The notes: generated from the sequence alone by a model not told the origin. A DNA stretch of 32,000 nucleotides from Cupriavidus necator (GCF_016127575.1 NZ_CP066018.1:3360001-3392000), one strand, 5' to 3'. Positions 10,098 through 19,314 are shown, counted from the stretch's first letter. Numbers and translations: made by a program.

Positions 10098-11456
10098 ATG
10101 CAACTGCAATTCCTCGGCGCGACCGATACGGTCACCGGCTCCAAGTACCTGCTCGATACCGGCCGTCACCAGGTCATGGTCGACTGTGGCTTGTTCCAGG
10201 GATACAAGACCCTGCGCCTGCGCAACTGGGACCCACTGCCGCTCGATCCGGCCAAGCTCGACGCCGTGGTGCTGACCCATGCCCACATCGACCACAGCGG
10301 GTATTTGCCCCTGCTGGTGCGCAACGGCTTCCGCGGCAGCGTGCACTGCACCATGGGCACCGCGCAGCTGTGCGGAATCCTGTTGCCAGACAGCGCCCAC
10401 CTGGCGGAAGAAGACGCCGATTATGCGAACCGCAAGGGCTTCTCGCGTCATCGGCCCGCATTGCCTCTTTACACAGCAGCCGACGCTGCACGAGCAATGC
10501 GGCGGCTCCAGCCGATGCAGTTCGGCAAGCGCTTCCAGGTAGTGCCCGGCGTAGAGGCCGAGTTTGCCCGGGCCGGACATATCATCGGCGCGGCTATCGT
10601 CACGTTGTTCGTCGACGGCAAGCGCATCGTCTTCTCAGGCGACCTCGGGCGGCAGCAGGACATCGTCATGCGCGCGCCGGAGATGGTGCGTCAGGCGGAT
10701 TACCTGCTGGTGGAGTCAACCTACGGCGACCGGCGGCATCCGGACGACGACCCGCTCGATGTGCTCGGCGAGATCGTCAGCCGGACGATTGGCCGCGGCG
10801 GCAGCTTGATCATCCCCGCTTTTGCGGTAGGGCGCACGCAGAGCCTGCTGTACTGCCTGCACCGCCTGCGCGAACTCAAGCGAATCCCCGACGTGCCGGT
10901 GTACCTCAACAGCCCGATGGCCATCGACGCGACCATGATTTTCTCGCTGCATCCGGAAGAGCTGCGCATCAGCCGCGAAGAGTGCGCCGCAGCCTGCAAT
11001 CTCGCCACCCCGGTGCAGAGCATGGAGCAGTCGATCTGGCTGAACCACGACCGAAGTCCCAAGATCATCCTGGCTGGCAGCGGCATGGCTACCGGTGGTC
11101 GTGTGGTCCACCATATTGCCGCCTACGGCCCGGACCCTCGCAACACCGTTCTGCTTTCCGGCTTCCAGGCGGCGGGTACGCGCGGCGCAGCGCTGGCCGC
11201 AGGCCGGCGCGACATCCGCGTCCATGGCAAGGACATCGCCGTGCATGCGTCGGTGGAGCAGGTGGAGAACCTGTCCGCACATGCCGATGCCGCGGAACTC
11301 ATGACCTGGCTCGGCGGCTTTCACCAGGCGCCGCGGCGTACGTTTGTCGTGCACGGCGAGCCACAGGCAAGCGATGCGCTGCGCCAGCACATCGAGCGCG
11401 ACCTGCGCTGGGCGGTCACCATGCCGGAATATCGGCGCTCCTATCCGCTCGACTGA
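10098..11456 (+). CDS. beta-CASP family metallo-beta-lactamase-fold hydrolase (RNA-metabolising MBL type)
   Basis: N-terminus MQLQFLGATDTVTGSKYLL, with HxHxDH (THAHIDHSG) and beta-CASP-like motifs (VESTYGD, SAHAD, VVHGE). ATG 10098 has AAAGGA 7 nt upstream. Confidence 0.9.
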   Translation: MQLQFLGATDTVTGSKYLLDTGRHQVMVDCGLFQGYKTLRLRNWDPLPLDPAKLDAVVLTHAHIDHSGYLPLLVRNGFRGSVHCTMGTAQLCGILLPDSAHLAEEDADYANRKGFSRHRPALPLYTAADAARAMRRLQPMQFGKRFQVVPGVEAEFARAGHIIGAAIVTLFVDGKRIVFSGDLGRQQDIVMRAPEMVRQADYLLVESTYGDRRHPDDDPLDVLGEIVSRTIGRGGSLIIPAFAVGRTQSLLYCLHRLRELKRIPDVPVYLNSPMAIDATMIFSLHPEELRISREECAAACNLATPVQSMEQSIWLNHDRSPKIILAGSGMATGGRVVHHIAAYGPDPRNTVLLSGFQAAGTRGAALAAGRRDIRVHGKDIAVHASVEQVENLSAHADAAELMTWLGGFHQAPRRTFVVHGEPQASDALRQHIERDLRWAVTMPEYRRSYPLD

Positions 11457-11515
11457 TCCAGGCCGGCGCCTGATATGTGCGCCTTTCGTTACGTCTGCCA
11501 AACCGGAATCACGTC

Positions 11516-12346
11516 ATGGACTTCAGAACCATCCTCGTCGACCTCAGCGAAGATTCTGCCCGGTCGGCACGCATTGAAACGGCCGCACGGGTTGCCGCGA
11601 AATTCGGCGGCAGCGTGGTCGGGCTGACTGCGACTGGAACAAACCTGGAGCCGTTTCGCGGGGCGGGCGAAGAAGCCGGACAATACGCGGCCCTTGCCGC
11701 CAGCCAGCTGCACAAGCTGGTTGCCGGTCACAAGGAGACCCTCGACACGCTGACCAGGCAAGTGTCGCCGGACATCCCCACCCGGCACATCATTATCGAC
11801 GCTGAATCCGGTTGGGCGCTTGCCGACGAGGGGCGTTTCGCCGATCTCATCCTTCCCGCACCGCCGTCGGCGGATGCCGATGTGCCGGCGCTGCTGGCCG
11901 GGGTTGCGGAGTATGCGATGCTCAATGCCGGACGGCCCATCCTGCTGGTGCCGGGCGCGGCCGGCCCGCGCTTTGGTGGTCATGTCGCGATCGCATGGAA
12001 CGGCGGTCGAGAGGCCGCGCGGGCAGTAGCGGACGCATTGCCGTGGCTCGCGCATGCCAGTGCTGTTACCGCCCTGGTGGTCAGCGCGGCTGCCATTGAC
12101 GAAGAGACCTGCCGTGACAGCGGGAACCGGCTGACAGCGTGGCTGGCCAGCCATGGCATCAATGCCGATCTGGTTGTCGGGGAGGGCGACCCCGACCACG
12201 TTCTGCCGCAACTTGCCTGCAAGGTACAGGCCGACCTGCTGGTCGCCGGCGGCTATGGCCGTTCCAGGCTGAAGGAGCTGGTGCTGGGTGGCACCACCCG
12301 CGCCCTGGTGCGTCAGTCATCGTTGCCAGTCTTCATGTCGCACTGA
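11516..12346 (+). CDS. tandem-domain universal stress protein (UspA family)
   Basis: There are two USP-like halves. The N-terminus MDFRTILVDL and C-terminus GGYGRSRLKELVLGGTTRALVRQSSLPVFMSH parallel the paralog at 27883-28722. Confidence 0.9.
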   Translation: MDFRTILVDLSEDSARSARIETAARVAAKFGGSVVGLTATGTNLEPFRGAGEEAGQYAALAASQLHKLVAGHKETLDTLTRQVSPDIPTRHIIIDAESGWALADEGRFADLILPAPPSADADVPALLAGVAEYAMLNAGRPILLVPGAAGPRFGGHVAIAWNGGREAARAVADALPWLAHASAVTALVVSAAAIDEETCRDSGNRLTAWLASHGINADLVVGEGDPDHVLPQLACKVQADLLVAGGYGRSRLKELVLGGTTRALVRQSSLPVFMSH

Positions 12347-12400
12347 CGGGTGACCGCTGCCGGTGGGGCAGTGGCAGCGCATGGCCTGGCCGCAGGCTCG

Positions 12401-12429
12401 TTCGGCCGGCACATTGCGTGCCGGCCGAA
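12401..12429 (+). terminator. stem-loop, probable terminator of the MBL-USP transcription unit
   Basis: Perfect 12-bp stem TTCGGCCGGCAC / GTGCCGGCCGAA with a 5-nt loop ATTGC, 55 nt after the USP stop. It is followed by TGTTGGCTTG, which is only a weak U-tract. Confidence 0.55.
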
Positions 12430-12743
12430 TGTTGGCTTGCCGACATACCCGAGCCGCATCCTGAGCTAGTTTCCAACGTGCGTGGCTCAGCCGGTGTCGG
12501 CACACGGGTTGTGGCTCCGACGTCGCCGGTACCTGCGAATTTCCGGTTCTGAGCCGCATCTCGCTTCCCATGCCGTTGCCTTTCCGCGCACAAACTCTAT
12601 AGTCCATTGGCAAGGTAATAGTGACGAGAGCATGCCCCTGAAGGCGTCTTCATCCGCTCCGCAGGCGAGCAGCCTTGTCCAGAGTTCGCCCGACGATGGC
12701 TTTCGCCTGGTCGTGCGATTTCCGCGAGAGCAGGGGAACGGGC

Positions 12744-13391
12744 ATGACAAGGGTGATGATTGCGGATGACCATGCTGTGGTACGGGATGGCCTGCGGCAT
12801 ATCCTGGAACGGGCCGGTGTGTTCGAGGTCGTCGGCGAGGCGGCAGATGGTACACAAGTGCCCAGGATGGTACGGGAATGCACCCCGCAGGTGCTCCTGC
12901 TTGACCTTTCCATGCCTGGCAGGAGCGGGCTGGAACTGATCCGCTTGCTGCGCGGCGAGCACCCGGCCCTGCGCATCCTGGTCTTGACCATGCACGCCGA
13001 GGAGCAATACATCGTTCGTGCGTTCCAGGCTGGAGCGGCGGGCTATCTGACCAAGGAAAGCGCGGCTACGGAACTGGTGTCCGCCATCGGCCAGGTAGCC
13101 CGGGGCGGCACCTATGTGAGCCAGTCGATGGCCACGAAGCTGGCAAGCGGGCTGAAGGACCAGAGCGACGACCTGCCGCACCTGAGGCTCTCGGACCGCG
13201 AACTGGAAGTCTACCGGCGGCTGGTGCTGGGCGAGCCCATCACGGCGATCGCCACGGCACTGTGCGTCAGCGCCAAGACCGTGAGCACCTACAAGATGCG
13301 GCTGATGGAAAAAATGCAGATGCCCAATGAAGCCATGCTGTTGCGCTATGCCATGCGCAATCATCTGTTCGACGACGATGCGGACCTGTAG
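12744..13391 (+). CDS. NarL/FixJ (LuxR-type HTH) response regulator, canonical receiver
   Basis: The receiver has ADD (VMIADDH), the phospho-acceptor context VLLLDLSMPG, LVLT and YLTK. The C-terminal HTH is LSDRELEVYRRLVLGEPITAIATALCVSAKTVSTYK. ATG 12744 has AGGGGA upstream. No histidine kinase is in the window. Confidence 0.9.
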   Translation: MTRVMIADDHAVVRDGLRHILERAGVFEVVGEAADGTQVPRMVRECTPQVLLLDLSMPGRSGLELIRLLRGEHPALRILVLTMHAEEQYIVRAFQAGAAGYLTKESAATELVSAIGQVARGGTYVSQSMATKLASGLKDQSDDLPHLRLSDRELEVYRRLVLGEPITAIATALCVSAKTVSTYKMRLMEKMQMPNEAMLLRYAMRNHLFDDDADL

Positions 13392-13430
13392 TGCCACAGT
13401 GCAGCGTCGGTCGGCCGCTGGCTTTGTGCC

Positions 13431-13829
13431 CTATCGCCCCGAAGTCGCAGCCAGCCCGGCCAGGGTCTGGCGCAGCGCATCGAGTTCCAGCGTCTTGTCA
13501 AAGCAGTAGCTCCCGCCTGCCTTCAGGCAGGCGCGGCGCAGCGGCGGGCCGAGGTTGTCGGCCAGCACGATCACGATCGAATCCGGTAGCGTCGACCTCA
13601 GCGTCCTGACCTCCTGGAGCGCATGAGCATAGCCCGTGCCCAGGCTGATCAGGACGACGTCGGGGCGATGACGCAGGAGCGGGGCAAGTTCCGTGGCTGC
13701 GCTGGCGCCCGCACCCGCGACACGGATGCCAGGCATTCGCCCAAGCAGGCCGAGCTGCCTGGTTCGGATCGCATTGGCATGCTCGAGCAAGTACACGGTA
13801 AGCAGGCGGGCAGGATTGCGGTCTGGCAT
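13431..13829 (-). CDS. stand-alone receiver-like protein lacking the phospho-acceptor Asp (aspartate-less receiver)
   Basis: 132 aa with a receiver-like alternating pattern. It has YLLEHA in place of the acidic DD pair and PDVVLISLG in place of the DxxxLD acceptor. IVIVLAD and the conserved Lys context (YCFDK) are retained. Confidence 0.6.
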   Translation of the reverse strand: MPDRNPARLLTVYLLEHANAIRTRQLGLLGRMPGIRVAGAGASAATELAPLLRHRPDVVLISLGTGYAHALQEVRTLRSTLPDSIVIVLADNLGPPLRRACLKAGGSYCFDKTLELDALRQTLAGLAATSGR

Positions 13830-13906
13830 GGTCCTAGTATCGCGGCTCCCCTTGCGGTGGCAAATCAGGGGCGGCTGAGAGTCGCGTCAGGGGGGCAGAA
13901 GGCACT

Positions 13907-13923
13907 GTCAGTGATCCCTGACA
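13907..13923 (-). promoter_or_regulatory. 17-bp palindromic motif GTCAGTGATCCCTGACA upstream of the receiver-like gene
   Basis: 15/17 identical to 19421-19437. An additional GTCAGGG half-site lies at 13886-13892, 21 bp away. The motif sits 84 nt upstream of ATG 13829. Confidence 0.5.
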
Positions 13924-14112
13924 TGCGCGCGCACGCCTTGCCGGCTTGGCAGGAGCGAGTACGACAGTTTCGACAAGCAAGCCGGCTGGGTGGCGTCTGC
14001 AACCGAGGTTGTCGGCTACCGGCTTGTCTCAGGAAAGCGGCCGCCGCCGGCAGTGCGCCTGAAGGCGATCGAAATTGCCAACGCCTTGCGCGCGCGTGCC
14101 GATTGCGATGCC

Positions 14113-16809
14113 TCAACCCTGCGTGCGAACGCTGGCATTCTCCTCGCGCAGCGCAAGGTGCAGACTGACACCGTCGGCGCCGGCCGCGATGCTGGTCCTG
14201 AAGCCGCAGGTGCGCGCCAGCGTCAGCATGGCCCGGTTGTGCTGCATGGTGCAGCCCACCAGCGCGCCGATGCCCTTTTCGCGCGCGTAGCGGATCAGCT
14301 TGTCGAGCAGCAGCTTTCCCAGCCCTTGTCCCTTGCAGTCCGAGCGCACGGCGATACCGAACTCTGCCTGGACATTGTCCGGATCCGCAACCGCCCGGAC
14401 CTCTCCCAGGATGGAAGCCTGGCCACATGCATCGGTAGTCGTCGCGATGAACGCCATCTCGCGCGCGTAGTCGATCTGCGTGAGCCTTGCCAACTGGCTG
14501 TGTTCCGGCTCGCGGAACGTGCAGAAGTAGCGTGCATGGATATCTTCCGGCGTCAGCTGGCGGAAGTACGCCTGGTAGGCTGCCTCGTCGGTCGGGCGCA
14601 CGGGCCGCAGCACAATGGTGCGGCCGTCCTGCTCGACGCGTTCCTCCAGCGCTTCCGGATAGGGTTGGATGGCCAGCCGCGTGCCCGGCGCCGGCGCCTT
14701 GATGGCGATGCGGGCATCGAGCGCGATGACGCCTGTCGCGCTCGCCAGCAGGGGATTGATATCGAGTTCGGCGATCTCGGGAATGTCGCAGACCAGGCGT
14801 GATACCTGTACCAGTACCTGGAGCAAGCCGTCCCCGTCGACGCCCGGGTGTCCGTGCCAGCCTTCCAGCAGGCGCCCGATGCGGGTGCGCGACACCAGGT
14901 CTTGCGCGAGCAGCGCGTCGAGCGGCGGCAGCGCAACCGCATGGTCGCCGATGTGTTCGGTGTTGACGCCGCCATGGCCGAACAGCAAGACGGGGCCGAA
15001 CACGGGATCGGTGGCGGCGCCGACGATCAGCTCGAAGCCATCGCCGTGCCCGGCCATCGGCTGGACGGTGAAGCCCTCCAGCCGTGCCTCCGGGGCTTGC
15101 TGCCAGATCCGCTCGAGCATGGCGCTGCCGGCGCTGCGCACCGCGGCGGCATCGGCGAGGTCCAGTGCAACGCCGCCCGCGGCAGACTTGTGCGTGATGT
15201 CCGGGGACAGGATCTTGAGCGCTACCGGATATCCGATCCGTGTGGCCTGGCCGACAGCCTCATCGACGCTTGCCGCGGTCCGGGTCGCGACCACGGGGAC
15301 GCCGTAGGCGGCCAGCGCGGCCTTGGCCTCCGGTTCGGTCAGCAACGCCCTGCCGGCGCGCAGGGCATTGCCGATGATCGTGCGCACCTGTTCCTTGTCG
15401 GCCTGCGTGTACGTGTCGTCTGCGGGCGGCGTGCGCATCAGCAATTGCTGGTTCCTGTGGTATTCGCAGGCCTGCAGGAAGCCGCGCACTGCCCGCTCCG
15501 GGGTATCGAAGGTCGGCACGCCGGCATGCCGGCACAAGCGGCGTGCCTGCAGCACGGCATCCGCCCCGAGCCATGCGGTCAGCAGCGGCTTGCCGCCCGA
15601 CGGCGCGCTGACGAGCGCGGCTGCGATCTCGGCGGCTGGCACGATGGCCGTGGGCGCATGGATCATCAACACAGCGTCAACCTCGGGCGCCTCGCACAGG
15701 ATGGCGTAGGCCTGCAAGTAGCGCTCGACGGGCGCGTCGCCGATGATGTCGATTGGATTCGCGCGCGGCCAAGTGGCGGGCAGCACCAAGTCCAGCCGGG
15801 CCAGGGTCTGGTCTGACAGTCGGGCCAGGGTCCCGCCGGCATCCGCCAGCGCATCCGTCGCCATCACGCCGGCGCCGCCGCCATTGGTCAGGATGGCGAG
15901 GCGCTCGCCGCGCAGCCCTTGCATGCGGGCAAGCATCTCGACGGCGTCGAACAGGCCCTCGGTGCTGTCCACGCGCAGCATGCCGGCACGCCGGATGGCG
16001 GCGTCGTAGACGTCGTCGGCACCCGCCATGGCGCCTGTGTGGGACGCGGCGGCGCGTGCAGCCTGCGCCGAGCGTCCGCCCTTGACGATCAGCACCGGCT
16101 TGTTGCGGGCGGCGGCGCGTGCCGCAGACATAAACTTTGCGCCATGGCGGATCGCTTCCACGTAGAGCAGGATCGCATGCGTCCCGGCGTCGCCGGCGAG
16201 GTAGTCGAGCACGTCGGCTGCGTCCACATCGGCACTGTTGCCCAGCGAGATGAAATGGGAAAAGCCGATCTGCCGCGAGCGCGACCAGTCCAGCACGGCG
16301 GTGGCCAGCGCGCCGGATTGGGTGGCGAATGCCAGCTTGCCTTGGCGGGCCGCGCCGGGCGCGAAGCTGGCATTGAGGCTGATTCCCGAAGCGATCAGCC
16401 CGACGCAGTTTGGCCCGAGAATCCTGAGCAGATGGGGCCGCGCCGCGTCCAGCATGGCCTGCCGCAGGGCGCCTGCGGCACTGTCCTCAGGACCCTCGAA
16501 GCCGGCGGTCAGCACGATAGCCGCGCGCGTGCCGGCGGCGCCAAGCTCGGCGATGAGCCCCGGGATGGTGGGCGCGGGCGTGCATAGCACCGCCAGGTCC
16601 GGCGGTGCCGGCAACGCGCCGACGCGCGCGTAACAGGGCTGGCCCGCCAGCGTCGCATACTTCGGGTTGACCAGGTACAGCTGGCCGGTGAAGTCGCCCG
16701 CGGACAGGTTCGCCAGCACCGTTGCCCCCACGCTATGCGGCCGCAGCGTCGCGCCGATGAGCGCGACCGAGCGCGGACGGAACAGGGCATCGAGATTACG
16801 GACAGTCAT
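14113..16809 (-). CDS. pat: Pat/YfiQ-type protein acetyltransferase (NDP-forming acyl-CoA synthetase-like domains fused to a C-terminal GNAT)
   Basis: 898 aa. It has an N-terminal CoA-binding/succinyl-CoA-synthetase-like region (SVALIGAT...YLVNPK), an ATP-grasp region and a C-terminal GNAT (CKGQGLGKLLLDKLIRYAREKG). Confidence 0.9.
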   Translation of the reverse strand: MTVRNLDALFRPRSVALIGATLRPHSVGATVLANLSAGDFTGQLYLVNPKYATLAGQPCYARVGALPAPPDLAVLCTPAPTIPGLIAELGAAGTRAAIVLTAGFEGPEDSAAGALRQAMLDAARPHLLRILGPNCVGLIASGISLNASFAPGAARQGKLAFATQSGALATAVLDWSRSRQIGFSHFISLGNSADVDAADVLDYLAGDAGTHAILLYVEAIRHGAKFMSAARAAARNKPVLIVKGGRSAQAARAAASHTGAMAGADDVYDAAIRRAGMLRVDSTEGLFDAVEMLARMQGLRGERLAILTNGGGAGVMATDALADAGGTLARLSDQTLARLDLVLPATWPRANPIDIIGDAPVERYLQAYAILCEAPEVDAVLMIHAPTAIVPAAEIAAALVSAPSGGKPLLTAWLGADAVLQARRLCRHAGVPTFDTPERAVRGFLQACEYHRNQQLLMRTPPADDTYTQADKEQVRTIIGNALRAGRALLTEPEAKAALAAYGVPVVATRTAASVDEAVGQATRIGYPVALKILSPDITHKSAAGGVALDLADAAAVRSAGSAMLERIWQQAPEARLEGFTVQPMAGHGDGFELIVGAATDPVFGPVLLFGHGGVNTEHIGDHAVALPPLDALLAQDLVSRTRIGRLLEGWHGHPGVDGDGLLQVLVQVSRLVCDIPEIAELDINPLLASATGVIALDARIAIKAPAPGTRLAIQPYPEALEERVEQDGRTIVLRPVRPTDEAAYQAYFRQLTPEDIHARYFCTFREPEHSQLARLTQIDYAREMAFIATTTDACGQASILGEVRAVADPDNVQAEFGIAVRSDCKGQGLGKLLLDKLIRYAREKGIGALVGCTMQHNRAMLTLARTCGFRTSIAAGADGVSLHLALREENASVRTQG

Positions 16810-16864
16810 GGCTGGCCCTCATGGCAACCGGCGGCAACCCTCCCGACAGGGCCCGGTCGGGAAG

Positions 16865-17518
16865 TCAGAGATTCACCTGGATGATGTTCGATACTTCGCT
16901 CACCCCAGGCGCCGCCCAGGCGGCTTCGGAAGCGGCCTCGCGCTCGGCCCAGCTGCGCAGGCTACCGCGCAGCGTCACCACGCCGTCCTTGACGTCGACC
17001 GCGACATGGGTCGCGTCGTCCGCCGCCTGGCGCTCGATGGCCCTGGCGATCCGTTCCTTCACGTCGTGGGCCGCGATCGCAGGCTGGACCACGATGGCGT
17101 TGGCTACACTGACCACGCCGTACAGGCCGCCCACCGCGTGCTCGGCGGCCAGGCGCTGGTAGTTCCAGTCGACCGTGCCGGTCAGCGTGACGCAGCCGTC
17201 CTCGACCATCACCTGGATGCGATCCGCGGGCAGCACCGAGGTCCACGCCAGGATGTTGCTCGCTGCGCGTGCGATGTCCGCGTCCGTGCGCTGCGCGTCA
17301 TCGGGCAGGCGCACGTCGATTTCGACGGCCAGGCCTTTCACGCCGGGCACGCGCCTGACGGCCTTCTCGGCAGCGTACTTGCCGGCATGGCTGCTGAGAT
17401 GGCCGGTCAGCGTCACCACGCCGTCCTTGACCTGGACACCGACCTCGGTGGCATCGACGGCCGGGTCCCAGGCCAGTTCCTCGACCACATGCTGCTTGAG
17501 CTGGATATCGCCTTTCAT
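16865..17518 (-). CDS. triple BON-domain protein (OsmY-like but without signal peptide)
   Basis: There are three repeats of the BON pattern (V.V.V.DGVVTL.G.V......A...A....GV..V.N.I.V). ATG 17518 has AGGAGA 8 nt upstream. Confidence 0.85.
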   Translation of the reverse strand: MKGDIQLKQHVVEELAWDPAVDATEVGVQVKDGVVTLTGHLSSHAGKYAAEKAVRRVPGVKGLAVEIDVRLPDDAQRTDADIARAASNILAWTSVLPADRIQVMVEDGCVTLTGTVDWNYQRLAAEHAVGGLYGVVSVANAIVVQPAIAAHDVKERIARAIERQAADDATHVAVDVKDGVVTLRGSLRSWAEREAASEAAWAAPGVSEVSNIIQVNL

Positions 17519-17612
17519 GTTGGTTGTCTCCTGTTTGCCTGGCGCCCTCGGGCGCGATCGCGGCGCGTGCCGCCTGCTCCGTGCGTGCCAGCGCGGGCAC
17601 GCGGCATCGGCG

Positions 17613-18260
17613 TCACGGCCGCGTTTCCAGCTGATCAATGACCGCCGAGATGCCCGGCGCCGACCATACGGCACCGATGGCGGCGCGGCGGTCGGCCAGC
17701 GAATCCACGTGGCCGCTCAGCGTGGCGGTGCCGTTCTTGACCTTGACGCTGATATGGTGGGCCTCGCGCACGGCATGGCGGAGCAGCGCCTCTTCGATGC
17801 GCTTCTCCACGTCGGGGGGCGCGGTCTTCTCATTCATCCGGATGTTGTTGACGACGCCGATCACGCCGCGCAACTGGCTGACCGTGCGTTCGGCCAGCTT
17901 TTTCTGATAGCCCCAGTCGACGTTGCCAGACAGCGTGACCCAGCCGCGCTCGACGCGGACCTTGATGACGTCCGAGGGCACATGCACGTGCCATTGCAAC
18001 GCACCGCGAGCCGCCTCGGCAATGGCCTCGTCGAGGAAGGCGCCGGGCGGATGCACGTCGAGCTTGACGACGACCGCTCGTACGCCTGAAATGCGTTCCG
18101 CGGCGCGCTCGGCGGCGAGCTTCTCCGCATAGCTGGACAGGTGTCCGTCCAGCGTGACAATGCCCTCATGGACCTCGACGCCGATGGACGCCGCGTCAAT
18201 CGCCGGATCCCAGTCGAGTTCCTCGGTGACGTCCTTCTGGATCTGATGATCTGTTTTCAT
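17613..18260 (-). CDS. triple BON-domain protein, tandem paralog of 16865-17518
   Basis: It has the same three-BON architecture. ATG 18260 is the first ATG, with GAAGAGG upstream. No N-terminal hydrophobic signal is present. Confidence 0.85.
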   Translation of the reverse strand: MKTDHQIQKDVTEELDWDPAIDAASIGVEVHEGIVTLDGHLSSYAEKLAAERAAERISGVRAVVVKLDVHPPGAFLDEAIAEAARGALQWHVHVPSDVIKVRVERGWVTLSGNVDWGYQKKLAERTVSQLRGVIGVVNNIRMNEKTAPPDVEKRIEEALLRHAVREAHHISVKVKNGTATLSGHVDSLADRRAAIGAVWSAPGISAVIDQLETRP

Positions 18261-18328
18261 GCTTGGCCTCTTCAAAGGCAGGGCGCCGCAAGCGGCGCCA
18301 CGGGTTGGCCCCGGTGCGTCTCTGGGCG

Positions 18329-18793
18329 CTACGTTTGCGATAGAGCCTGTGCGCTGCCAGAACGCTCTCGTTCCTGCGCCTTGCGCACCAGCGAAAACAG
18401 CATGCCCCAGTCGGTTGCGAGAGCGGCGAACAGATCATCGAGCGCAACCACTCCGGTCACTGCCTCGCCATCGAGCACCGCCAGGCGTCGTACGCCGTGC
18501 GTCAGCATCAACTGCATTGCCTCTGCGACAACGGCATCCCGTTGGATCGCCACCAGGCCACGCGTCATCACCTCGACCACGTCGGTCCGGCATGGATCCG
18601 CACCGGTGGCTGTCGCACCGATGACGATGTCCCGGTCCGTGACCATGCCGACCGCGCGCGTCCCTGCCGGTGAGTTCTCTGTCACGATCAGCGCACCGAC
18701 GTGGCGGTCCCGCATCTGGACGGCAGCTTCCTGCAGGGTGCAGGACAGCGGGACATGCACGGCTTTCGCTGAGCAAATATCCTGGACTAGCAT
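18329..18793 (-). CDS. CBS-pair (Bateman) domain-only protein
   Basis: There are two CBS-like repeats (VGALIVTE...GMVTDRDIV; VRRLAVLDGEAVTGVVALDDL). ATG 18793 has AAGGAGA 6 nt upstream. Confidence 0.85.
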   Translation of the reverse strand: MLVQDICSAKAVHVPLSCTLQEAAVQMRDRHVGALIVTENSPAGTRAVGMVTDRDIVIGATATGADPCRTDVVEVMTRGLVAIQRDAVVAEAMQLMLTHGVRRLAVLDGEAVTGVVALDDLFAALATDWGMLFSLVRKAQERERSGSAQALSQT

Positions 18794-18821
18794 CCCGGTC
18801 TCCTTTTTTGCGCAACGTTGC

Positions 18822-19244
18822 CTAACGGACGGTAATGCGTTGCTGGCTTGAGCTTTCCTTCTTGGGCAGCACCAGGCGCAGCACGCCGTCCTGGAAGCTG
18901 GCATCGATCTTTTCCGTGTCGATGTTGCCGTCCAGCGTAAAGGCACGCTGCATCGAGCCGCTGTAGCGCTCCTGGCGGATCACGCGGTCGCCTTCTTTTA
19001 CCTCGGAAGCTTTCTCGAGCTTGGCGGAGATCATCACAGTCCCACGGTCTACGCTGACGTTGATGTCTTCCTTCTTCACGCCTGGCAGGTCGGCGGTAAT
19101 GGTGAAGCTGCTGTCGGACTCGGCCACATCGACCTTGAATGGCAGCTCGGTGTCTGGCCCGATCCGCCAATTGCGTAGCATGCTCTGCAGCATGTCGCCG
19201 AGCGGTTCGATCGAGAACGGGTCGTAGCGCTTGATGTTGCTCAT
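18822..19244 (-). CDS. Hsp20/alpha-crystallin family small heat-shock protein
   Basis: Alpha-crystallin core text: PFKVDVAESDSSFTITADLPGVKKEDINVSV...ERYSGSMQRAFTLDGNIDTEKIDASFQDGVLRLVLPKK. AGGAGA lies upstream of the ATGATG start (19247/19244). Confidence 0.9.
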   Translation of the reverse strand: MSNIKRYDPFSIEPLGDMLQSMLRNWRIGPDTELPFKVDVAESDSSFTITADLPGVKKEDINVSVDRGTVMISAKLEKASEVKEGDRVIRQERYSGSMQRAFTLDGNIDTEKIDASFQDGVLRLVLPKKESSSQQRITVR

Positions 19245-19314
19245 CATGGTCTCCTGGATGACGGCGCCGTGCGCGCCGTGTTTTCTTACTTTGGCAAGCC
19301 GGGGCGGTTGCGGT

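Noticed and set aside
13865-14428. 187-aa minus-strand ORF spanning the pat 3' end and the pat/receiver intergenic region
   Set aside because: It is out of frame with pat, Arg/Gly/Ala-rich, and has no SD. The intergenic part is better explained as the promoter/operator region of the receiver-like gene.
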